Below, one piece after another: positions 12,622 to 24,631 of a stretch of DNA of 64,000 nt. The notes below the pieces were generated by a model. It saw only the letters and a list, made by a program, of their open reading frames with translations. It made no database searches and was not told where the DNA came from. Every line of letters begins with the position of its first letter. Within the stretch, counting starts at the first letter, position 1. Made by a program: the position numbers and the translations under genes. This DNA comes from Chrysomallon squamiferum (lineage: Eukaryota; Animalia; Mollusca): the NCBI GenBank assembly GCA_012295275.1, contig CM022671.1:2914001-2978000 (forward strand). The letters run 5' to 3'.

Positions 12622-15600
12622 AATTGCTTAGTGTTCAAAACGGGTATTAAGTAGATTTCTGCGCGATCCTTACTGGGCGGTCGCCAGAGTGGACAGCATC
12701 AAAAAGTGCGGCCTTCAAAAATTCCCTCGTGTAGGTGATTTAAAAAATCTTTTTAAAGAAACTTAGTTTGATAACGTTTTATACATATCTTGCCACAAAC
12801 TCGCTTTCGCTTTAGAAGTTTATCAAATTTTTGATGAAAAAATATTTTTTGTAAACGTCAGCAGTCAGCGATCATTGGAAAAAATCTTGGGTGAGTCAAG
12901 CAATCAAAATACGTTCCCCGTATAGAAATGCTACTTTTGTGCTTAATTTCAACAAATGTTATGTTTCCGAGCGATGATTCTGTGGTTGCGAAAAACTGTA
13001 GACGTAATGCTGATGTTTATTAACCAGTGCATTGTTTTAAAGATGGACAAATTGTTCATCACTGATTGCGCTTGTATTTCGAAGGAAAATCCATCGAATA
13101 AAGTTATTTTAGTAGGCATCAGTCACGAGGCTCACACCTTTAAACATCTTGGATGTTTTATTAAGACTCAGCCTGGGGTAACAAGGTGCTTTAATGGCCA
13201 CCTAACAAGGAATATAAACAATAAATTGACAGCAATCTATATAAATCAATAAGTCTGTGTATCCACTAGAGAAATAAACACAATACAAGTTAAAGTTCAC
13301 GTTAATTATTTAATTATGATACACAGGTGACGTGATAATATTATTTTATACAATCACAAAACATATGTTTAAGTAATGTGATTAATGATACGAGTAAGTC
13401 AAACAGGGAACCAAGACAAAATTAAAACCTTAAAATTGTAGGTAATAATAAATGTTATTGACACAGGTTAATTGCACATTACACTCTTATCAAAACAAGA
13501 ATAGACAGTTGCTTACCATACTCGCCCGTAAAGACAATAGCGTTCAAAAACATTGGTTTCCCCGCCTGACTGAGAATTCGTGTTGACCTGTTCCTTTCAT
13601 CCTTAATTATTTGAACCTTGAATGTTGAAAAACATTAACGTGCTAATCAGAGCAAGCTGCTGTGAAGGACGTCTACGACAGGTACGCTTTCTGACAGGTA
13701 GCCTGAATTATCAAATACCAGCACTTCTTATAAGAACGCCATGGAGTTGAAAAATTGGCTAAAACAATAAAAAACGTGTATGTGGTGGAAGTAACAATTT
13801 GTTACGCAATTTCAATTTCGTGGCATAAAAATAAAAAACGTGGATGTGATCGAAGTAACAAATTGTTACGGAATCTCAATTCCGTGTCAGCATCAAAAAC
13901 AATTCAAGTATCTAATGTCAAGTGGCATATTTGTAATCATCATTTTGACCAGTATTTCATAGTTGTATTTTTCGTATAGCAATAAGCATCAGTAGCACGC
14001 GTGAATCGAAACCGCGCTAGAAATTTTACACAGCCAATCATATGTACAGAAAATATAAACAGAAGTTTTAGCGATTTCCTGTAACGTGTGTCCGACTGGC
14101 TAATCCTACGTCACCTATATAGGTCACTTAGGCCTATATTTTATCTTTATAGGGGAATAATTTGCAAGTGAATGTATTTATCCACTCGGTCTATGGCTGT
14201 ATTATTATTGAATACATTTTACTCAAGCGAACACGTGTTAGTGGCACATTGTAAACAACTTTTATTGGGTCAGCCTGTAGTGTTTGTCGATTGTGCTTCT
14301 CAAAACGTAACACGGTTAAGAAAGGTGATTGCAATACACAAGGAACAGAATGTGAAGTAAATGTTTCTAATGGGACCTCACTATGACGAACACAGTATAC
14401 CAACAGGTGGCGCCATAATATGAACTGTGGTATAAAGTTCATTTTACTGTAAGGTATTATAATCCAAGATGAACTTAGCGCCATCTATTTGCACTCGTTT
14501 CTGTACTACAGAGTGGCCCAGGAAAGGTTTCCCTTTTACCAAGCTGCCAGTAGATCACTTTAAAGATCACGGCAAAATCTGGCACACAGTAGAATTATCC
14601 CCATAATATCCCCCCCCCCCACGTTAATGATGTATTTCAGATACTGAAAAGTTGATATTACAAAAAAGGCCACATTTGAGAAAAGGGGGAATATAAAAAG
14701 AATTCAGCATGGAAGGAAGTTTTTATTTTTATTTTATGTTATACTGTGTTGTAATAAAGAAAATAATTAAAAGAGTTGTCTAATACAATACTGAACACCC
14801 CAGAATCTATATAGTTTTAAAGCCTTGTGTGTCTTAGCTTATAAATCTTTTAATTTAATAAATAAACATTGTAAAAAAAAATTATATTTGTCCTGTCAAT
14901 TATATAATATGGGTGTTGTTTATTATGACCGCGGGAAGAAAATATACAAGTATAATTACACAGACTGAACAAAATAACTTTAACTGTTACAAACCTGATA
15001 ATGGATTGCTAATAATTATTTTGATTATCCAAATCATTTTAGTGCAAATAAATTATTTATGAATTACTGTGGAATAAAATTATTGATGTAAATCTGATAT
15101 ATTCGACTTTTTCATGATACACCTCTACAAGTTTTCGATCAATTTAAGCTAAAGCATCTTCACGTTAATTTTCGATTTGAATTTTCAAGAGCTATATACA
15201 TAGCTTTGATGAAAATGGTTAAGTCATGTTCTTCTGCCATTTTTTATTTGAACGTATGTTTGAATGTTTTGTAATTTTTCTTTTGATAGTAACAAATCAT
15301 ATAACTAAAGCTGGTGTTAGACACAGTAATATAGACAGTTTCCAGTTTTACAAGTGCCCTCTATATATATTCAGAATAAGATTCACAGTATGTCATTATT
15401 GTGCAAACGTATAAATCAGTATGTTATTTTAGTTGACTTGATTTGATTTGATTTGATTTGATTTTATTTGTTAAATATATTATATAAATTTGATATCAGG
15501 ATAACTGTAAGATTTTTGAACTGAAGAAACAAGATAAGAAACTATTCATTGTATTTCACAACTCGTATCAATACCGGTTATTTCTGTGCAGTGGCCGTAA

Positions 15601-16595
15601 TTCCCCGAGAAGAAAGATTTCTAACTAAAGAAATATACCTTTGTTTACATACTGAATAGATTAAACTATATTTCTTGAGAATGCGAACGTGGTCACATGT
15701 GGTAATTTGATATCTGACGTAGCAACCGTTAGATAACGCGAACATATTTTGTATTTTACGAGTTCAAACAAGATTATTAAACTGGTTCCCTTAGTTTTCT
15801 TAAAACTGTCGTGTACTTTATTTTATTTATTTATTATTTTTATTTTTTTTTTTTTGTTTTTTTTTTAATATCAAAACACTATAACGATTATTATTAAAAG
15901 AAAAGAAAAAAATTATTTTTGTTTATTTATTTATTTATTTATTTATTAGTACAATTTGCTGTCGCGGTCGTTGTTGTTGTTGTTGTTATACTATTTTGAT
16001 GTCATCTTTTATTCATCATGATGAATTAAATATAAACTTAATATATTAAGCACCAGACGACTAGACACAGTTCTCGTTTAAGTTTTCAAATAATTCATGT
16101 CAGTAATATTGCATAAATTATTTTAAGTTTAAATTTTCGTTGAACTATTATCTTTAGAAACATGATTAACAAGAAAGATAGAAGAATCTATGAAATTTAA
16201 CATTACATAAAAACGGTTCTTTGTCATCATAAATAAAGAAAAATGTCTTAAATTGCCATCTCGAAAGCATCTTTCAGTTTTTTACTTACTTTCTACTAAT
16301 TAGTTATTTTATATTTTATGTTAAAGTACGACGTTTAGTTTCAGTAATCCAAGCGATAATCTCTATAATTACATAAAGCAATGGCGAGATAAATAACAAT
16401 ACATAAGCAAAAATAGATATTTTTTATATAAAAAGTACGAATGACTAATTCTATTCATTGTATGTAATTTTAAATATTTCATTTTACATAACTAATTAAT
16501 CTTAAAAATTCAATATTGGGAATAAACGATTGTTATATATAATGAAAAATCCTTTTTTCAATTCCATTGATGAAAACTACTTATATATATATATA

Positions 16596-16975
16596 CAGTG
16601 GTACCTCGTCGTACGAATGCCTCGACTTACGAGTTTTGGGAGTTACGAGCGAGCTTAAGATAGCCGCCGCTAGTTGGTGCAACGAACAACACAACATCCG
16701 GCCGGCATCCCAGGTCTGTTGTGTTGTGCTCGCGTTTTGTGCATATTTTGCCAAATTTCTTTTTTTCTGACCGTGGATCCTAAGAAAGTGAGTGCAGAGG
16801 ACAGTGCTGAGAAGAAGAAGCGGATGATGTCGATGAATTAAAGCTTGAATTCATAGAAAATTCGACTTGGCTAGGCAGTACGAGCATTTCTACGATATGT
16901 ATCATACTGAACCTGAATGGTCGATAAAAGCTGTATCTCCAACTAAAGGCGTTAAAATAATCTGTCTGATCTCCA
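16596..16975 (+). mobile_element. Tigger/pogo-family (Tc1/mariner superfamily) DNA transposon, 5' fragment
   Basis: Begins TA|CAGTGGTACCTCG after a (TA)n run. A decayed ORF from 16773 reads (V/M)DPKKVSAEDSAEKKKRMMSM/LKLEFIE/DLARQYE/STICIIL/IKAVSPTKGVKII, resembling the CENP-B-type N-terminal HTH of Tigger transposases. No 3' TIR was found. Confidence 0.8.
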
Positions 16976-17843
16976 AGATAAATACACTTTACAAAAGCAA
17001 ATTATTTCTTTACATTCTGTTTTATTTATTTATTTTTTTTTTTTACAATATTTGTCATTTATAAGTACATTTTTCTTATTTAAAAACACGATACAAAAAA
17101 TATAAAAAAAATGGTGGGTTTTTTTTCGGGGGGGGGGGCTGGTAACAAATACGTAAATTTCCAGACTGCACCCAGTATTGTAAATACGTAATGCAGCACT
17201 GGGCAAAGTGTATATAATGATCCTTTCAACAGATTTTGGTGTCGATGAAATCAAACCAAACTCATTAACAGTAAATAATATTAAGCCATCCATGAATATG
17301 AAATGAAAAAAAACAACAACAACAACAACAATAGTAACTAATTAACTACCTAAATAAATAAAGAAAGAAAAAAACAACAACAACAACAGCAAAAATCATG
17401 TTTTATTTCTACCAATAGCATCTTTTATTGGTTACACAAATTTAAACTGTAATCAATTATACATAATTATTAGTAGACAAAAATGTTTAAAAGGCATTGC
17501 CTATCAGCTATTACCTTGATAAAACAAAATATTTATTAATATTATTTCAAGTCGACTGATAATATATTCATATATGTGTGGAAAAAATAAGTCAAATGTC
17601 TAGAATGTTAGAGGAACAATTCTGTGTAGTAATAGTTTGGTGTCTACTTTTGATGAAAGAACTTTCGGCATAAATTACAAAATCATTGTTGTTGATTTTG
17701 GGTTTTTTTTCCATGTGGTTAGCTTAGAATAGTTCAAAAACGACATGATAAATTGTGTTGTTGTTATTCTTTTAAATCACATAATGCAAATTTGTCCAAT
17801 CCAAGGATCTAATTGTTTACAAAATCAAGATAAAACTACAATG

Positions 17844-17927
<84 letters not shown>

Positions 17928-19354
17928 ATAACGAAAACATAATGGTAATAAACAGAAGACAAAGGATAAGTGTTGTGAAGATTTGTGGTAACTTGACTGT
18001 GACACAATGTCACAAAACGAATAAGTGTCTTAGTACATAAGCAATAAAGTGGCATCCGTAAAATAAATAAAGAACTAAAAACAACCCATTAATCAAAATC
18101 AAAAGCCAAAGATAAAAAATAATGAATTTTTTTACCATGTGTTTACATAATTTACATTTCAACTGCTATTTGAATACATCAACAACAACAACAACAACAA
18201 AAATAAATAAATAAATTTCGAGGAAAAGAAATACTCTCCGGTTGATAATAGTATATAAATTTGTCGTTATATGTGGTTCGCTTACTTATAACAAAATGCC
18301 TGACCTAAATGTGTGAATTCGCTGTTTGGTTTTACTGTGTCAAAACGGGCTTAGTCACGAGCAAGGTAGCATATCCGAAATATTAGGTAAGTAGATCTAC
18401 GTGAATTTGAATGTTTTTATTACTGCTATGGTTGATGCTGCTGTTTTTGTATTGTTAATGTTATTTCAAACGTTGCTTTTGGTGATGATAATGAAAATGC
18501 TACTGATATTATTATTATTATTATTAACTGCTTATTGTTTAAAACGGTCATTTGTTTTAATAAGTGAGAAATTTAGTTATCTAACGTCTTAAGCTGATTC
18601 GCTATTTTTAATTTGATATAATACATGGCTGTCTAATTTACTGAACACATAAATGCAGTTAAGTAATGAAAATACTTTATTCACTTTAAGACTCAAAGAG
18701 AAAACAAAACTTAAAATCAAAATCAGTTGTTTCACAAATATTATGTAATGAGGCTACCTCTCACTGATTTTATTTATCCATTCTTCGTTATTCACAACAA
18801 GAACAATTTTGTATGATTATCTATGTCTGTAGTAAATCCAATCTGAAATGTAGAATAGGTTTGTAACTTTATTTGTGTAAAATATTCTCTGCATTTGTCG
18901 ACCAGAAGTAGTTTTGTAGCTAGAGGAAAATCATCTGGCGCTTTCGACTGTAAACAAATAATTATCGCCAGATCACGTGATCAAATACTTCTATTTGGTT
19001 GAACGTTTATTTTTATTCTACTGCAGTGGAATAAATGTGTGTAATTATACCTGTATAAAATTAATTAATTACAACTTTAGGTATTTTAGATTTTTAAATC
19101 AACCTGATATCCTGTAAATTTTATAATTTATCTTGCTTTTTAAACAAGATATAAAGATTTAATGAACTTCTATCACAGTATTTGTTTCAGGAAAGCCTGA
19201 AGCAATGGACTGAAATTAAATGAATTTCTGGGATGTAAAACTGCCATTATTCCCTATTTTTCAAGATATCTTCATGTTATTGGATCATTAAACTGGTGTT
19301 TTCATAGTCCTTAATCATTTTAATTTGGGAATATTCTTCTTCTTCTTCTTCTTC

Positions 19355-19387
<33 letters not shown>

Positions 19388-19544
19388 GTGTTATTTATTT
19401 CTTTATTTATTATTTATTTGTGTATGTGTGTGTGCGTGTGTTTTCTGTGTGTGCATTTGTGTTGTTTTGTTGTGTTTTGTTGTTGTTGGGTTTTTTTTGG
19501 TTCTTTTGGGAGGTGGATTTTGGTCAGGTTCACATTTTATATAA

Positions 19545-20060
19545 CTGAATAAAGCAGCCGCATTTCAGGCCGTGTGAATTGTATTTGGTAAGGAAGTCCG
19601 CATTCAGTAGTGCTTCTATTATCTCACTCAATCACAGAACTAAACAAGAACAACCAAAATGTCAAACATTTATGTGGCATGTTGGAATGAAATGGTGTTG
19701 AAAACATCATGCAATCTCTACAAAGAATTGCTATGTCAAAAGCTAATGATTTGGTAGGTTATTTTGATTCGACTTATATGAATGAACACTACAGGAAATT
19801 ATTTAGAAACGGCTGTAACATCACAAGTAACTAAACAGTTTCAAATAGACGTCTGGTGTGCACTGGAGGCAACTCTCAGTGAGTGGGAAGGCTGGAGGCA
19901 ACTCTCAGTGAGTGGGAATGATGTAACAACACGTTTTTTTCACTTATCACGGTGACTAGTCGGACTGGTATTAATACCTTAAAGTTGGCTCGTCCCGTGT
20001 AAGGGGTAACAGACTATAAAAGCGTCACGTGACAAAGTGTTAATGATCTGAGACAGTTTA
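19545..20060 (+). mobile_element. Mutator-like (MULE) transposase remnant
   Basis: Decayed frame AAFQAV*IVFGKEVRIQ*CFYYLTQS resembles the DFExA...CxxH region (CFYH in the 54 and 62 kb copies), followed by DLVGYFDSTYMN...W..EATL..EGW. Contains stops and indels. Confidence 0.65.
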
Positions 20061-23000
20061 AACTACTAAAAGACTAGTTTGTATCCACTAGAGAATAATA
20101 ACGCAAACAAGAATTGAATACAGGTAATTGTTTTATGTATCACATAAATTAACCATCAATGGCAAAAAAATATAATTTAATCGTAAGATTTTCACGATAT
20201 AATGCAAATGGAAATAACGTTGATATATCCTATTCTGATTAAGCCCACTTGGTAATGTTAACTTTCTAACTAATCTTTTAGTTATTAAAATAAGTTTGTT
20301 ATTTAGTTTTCAAGCGTAAATACCACACAACAACGAACAGAAATATATTTGCCTATCTTGTACCAACCAGCAAGTATGTTACATAAAAGACATTTAAACA
20401 TAATTACCAAACCCTGAATGATCCTTTGTCTTGAGTACACGTCCCTCAAACAACGTGACGCAAGACCGCGCACTGATCAAAGGACCGTCGTCAAAACGTG
20501 CTCAGAAATATAAAGTCCTGAACTGATGAAACACCTCAGCAGCCTTTCTGAAATTTCTTTCTACTTTAAATGCCTATTCTAAGTTAGTTAATCCCAGTGT
20601 TTATCTTTTTTATAATTAGGGAACTTCCCCTAATTATATAATATAGGTTCTAAACGTCTGCAGATTCTGCTATTTAGTTTTTGTGTAGTTATCACCATAT
20701 TCCGACATTAATTAGTTAAACATTGAAGAACCGCAAAAATATGAATTTGTAAATATGATTATACATTAAAGCTTAATAAATATTACTAAATAAATATAAC
20801 TGAATATGGGTGCGATTACTCAGAATTCTCAGATCATTGTACAAGTAAGAAGTTTATTCCATCGCTGTCACATCTCTAGCATCTTCATTAGAAACACAGG
20901 AATAGGAATAGGAAAAAAATTAACGTGCTAATCAGAGCAAGCTGTTGTGAAGCACGTCTGCGACGGGCACGCTTTCTGACAGGTCAGCGGGCGTGTCCGT
21001 CGCAGAATAAGAAACACATTGGCTGCACAATTCAAATAGCATTTCTGTTTGTCCATGTGATTCTGACCATTTTACAATTGGCTTTTGCAACATAATTATA
21101 ATTTTATCAACGCTGGATTACAAAACGAGAACTATTGCTACTGTTATAATTAGTGATACAGGGCCTTCTACAGCTTTCACTAGCGTTTATTAACACAACT
21201 TGTACAAATAGCTACTAGCACTCAAACTACTACTGCTACTACTAGTACTACTTGTACTACTACTGCTGCTACTGATAGTAATGTCATCACTACTTCCTTT
21301 ATGTTTATTATATCATCAGATGGATGATTTAGAAATCTGAAAATGTTCTGAAGCAGACAACAGATATAATCGCGGGTCTGAATGTTTCAGTACTAATTTC
21401 TGTTATATATAATATAGCAAACAATATTATATTATAGCAACAAAATAATTAAAAAAATAAAAAATGTTTCGTTTAAATTTTGTTTATCCATTAAGACAGT
21501 GATCAACGTCATGATTTAAATTTGCTTGATGTTACTTTTTATCATGATAGCACAATTTTATTCTTATAGAAGTAAAACGAAATACATGCAAATTTAAATT
21601 TCTTAATGCTCTGCAACATAATAGTAATATGTCTCTTGGAATTACTGAATAATTCATGCTATAAACACTTCCTCACGTTCCTTTGATAGAGGATCAGTAC
21701 AGTCAAATATAGAAATGAAATCATCGCTTAATTAACAGTACGTGTTATTACAAGATTTAATCGCTAAGAAATATCATCCGATGTTCCTTATCCGATAGGG
21801 GTAAAATGATAACATGCACTAAAAATTACTTCAGAGATTTTAATTTGTTTATTGATAAGTTTAGAAAATAATTTCCTAACTTTAATCCTGTAATGAATAC
21901 TTTTAATTTGTTTCAGTTCCATATACAAAATATTCAATTTACCTAACCATTTTATAGTTAAAAAATGATATAGGCATTTACGAGATCAAACTGTGATCTA
22001 AGATTGATTTATTCAAACCTGTGATAAAACAAAAAATGTTTTTCTGTCTTACAGAATATACACATAAAACATCTCTGATTTTTTGATAATATCTGTTACA
22101 TGCCAATTGTTTAACTTTTCTCTTATATGATTATATATACAAAATAAATTAAATATTTAATAATCTTCAAGTATCGTAAACAAGTATCCACCTTTATTTT
22201 TAATTATTATTTTCTGTTAAATAAATAATTATTCACAAACCTTTATATAAAAATATAATCTCAGCTCAAAGGTCCGATAATAAATTATACATTGACTCAG
22301 AAAATATTAAACATTTAGTTCTGAAGTTGATGCCAAATTCACATTCAAGTCTTGTATAATTATTATTTATTAGATTATATCCGAACTGATTGCATGGTCT
22401 CCTTTTCAAGCTGACAAGAGAAGTGTTAGAAAAGGTTAATCCCTTCATCGCTTGAACACTGGTATTTCTACGGTTCCATACCATTAGTCAGACCACAACC
22501 AGACCCTCACCAGGCCTCCATTAGTCAGAACCCCATTTGTCAGATACCCATATAATCTCTAGCCCATTACCTATGTGAATAATGGGCCTGGCCCAACTAA
22601 AACAACAGAACTGTAAGTCCGCATAACATAACGCATAATTTAATAATTTACATTGTCCAGCACTATAAACTCGCATAAGCTCGTGATGGCTGAGGCGGTT
22701 GTCGATCGCTTGCGGCACCGAAGTTGAGCTCAGCGAGCTTTGCGTTCTCTGCCTTCTCGATCTTCTTGAATGGATATAAAGTTTAATAAGCGAGGTATTT
22801 TGTCATCTAACTTACGTCTATGTTTGTCATTTATAAAATCTTTTAGAATTATAAAGTAAAATCTGTGACAGGTATAATTTGTAAGAAACGAGAAAGAAGA
22901 CTGGCGATCCCTCTGGTTGCTATCTACTGAAACTTCAGTGATCAAATTATCTGGATGAAATAAAATGTAGAAATAATTATAAGCCTTTCTTTTATTTATT

Positions 23001-24048
23001 TATTGCCGGTAGACATACAATATACAACAATGTGGGACCATACCATTTTTTATCTGGGTATCGGACAGAGGATTAAGTGTGCACCAAATTTTGATCTGTG
23101 TTGTTATAAACTGTACGACAAAAAAGCATCTGACTGATGGGAGGTAATCTCTGCTACTCTTTAGACGGGACGACCCAAATTTTAGGTATTAATACCACTC
23201 AGACTATTATTATTATTCTTATTATTATTATTAATACTATTATTATTATTAATTGCTTAGTCGCTAAAATGGTTATTAAGTTTAATAAGCGAGATATTTT
23301 GTCATCTAACTAACGTCTATGTTTGTCATTATAAAATCTTACAGAATTATAAAGTATAATCAGTGACAGGCGTGTAGTGTAAGAAACACCAGACAAAGGA
23401 AAAGTGTTGTAAAGATTTGTATAAATATATCCTGGTTGTAAACGTCCATCTCTGTGATATATAATTGTGACAATGTGACAAGTCGAACAGGTGCCTTAGT
23501 ACACATACAATAACGTGGCGTTCTTAAAATAATAATAACAATAATAATAATAATTATAAATAAATAAATAATACATAAGTAAATGAAAACCACCTACTAC
23601 TAATTAAAATCCCAACCGAAGGAAAGAAAAACTAGAAAGTTTTATGGCATGTGATCAGGCACGTGTTCAAATTTACATATATATATGATCACATGCTGTA
23701 AATTTCCACTGCTATTTGAATACATCGAGTAAATACATTTCGAGAAAAAGAAATACTATCCGGTTGAGAACAGTATGTGAATTTGTTGTTGTCTGTGGTT
23801 TGCTCAGTTATAACAAAACACCCGACCTGTATGTGTGATTTCGCTGTTTGTTGCTTTATTTCTACTGTTAATGTTTTTTCAGCCAATGCTATTGCTGATG
23901 ATAATGAAAATGTTAACAGATTCTCCATCACCCTGACCCTTCCAAATAATACTTGAAATAAAAGTCGAAGAATTTTTTAATTCTATTACAGTGAATATTT
24001 TACCTATTCTGGCGCTAATCACAACAAAAAGTAATAACATAAAATAAA

Positions 24049-24089
<41 letters not shown>

Positions 24090-24631
24090 AAATTAAAATA
24101 TTGAAAATAAATAAATAAATAAACTGACAAAAGAAATTAGTATTATGGATTAACAGAAGCCATAATAAAGTAAAAGAATTTATAAGTTTATAGACATTTT
24201 CTTTTTCTTTCGTTCTTTCAACTATAATGCCTTAGGAACAGCAATCCACTGCAACAAAACAGAACATATTATTATAACCAACATGAGATATAGTTTTTCT
24301 TGCATACTATAAAGATCTCTCAGTTTGTCCTTCATTTCTTTTGTTTTTCTACCCATAAATATCACGAGTATGCATCCGAAAAGTTGGAGTATTATGCAAT
24401 GCTTTAATTTTAAACTGGTGTTTTCTATTTGCTTAATGTGTACCCATTTGTTTGATTATGTGACATCATAATTGCTTAAATTTGATCATTGAATAAACAT
24501 GCATTTTTTAAACACTCTTTTCTTCTTTTTTAAATAAAAGAAATAATTTTGTGGGTTTTTTTTAAAAATTTAAATTTAATTTTTTTTTTATAGGTTATTA
24601 ATATTACTGAAGAAAAGATCAATTAGTAATC

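Noticed and set aside
12405-12654. Hydrophobic, signal-peptide-like ORF MSLKVIFIAMLLLLFLYF (also 57470-57679 and 18401-18592)
   Set aside because: The hydrophobicity comes from (ATT)/(GTT) repeats in module B, and the start is a GTG in repeat DNA.
12956-13252. Conserved-looking ORF pair (with 57965-58291)
   Set aside because: Similarity is explained by the segmental duplication, the 5' frames differ between copies and no domain is recognisable. Possibly decayed transposon sequence.
24594-24631. Splicing of the paralog exon (donor 216) into acceptor 24593 to make one long gene
   Set aside because: The phase-1 join reads GGT TAT TAA, an immediate stop, so this segment behaves as 5' UTR.
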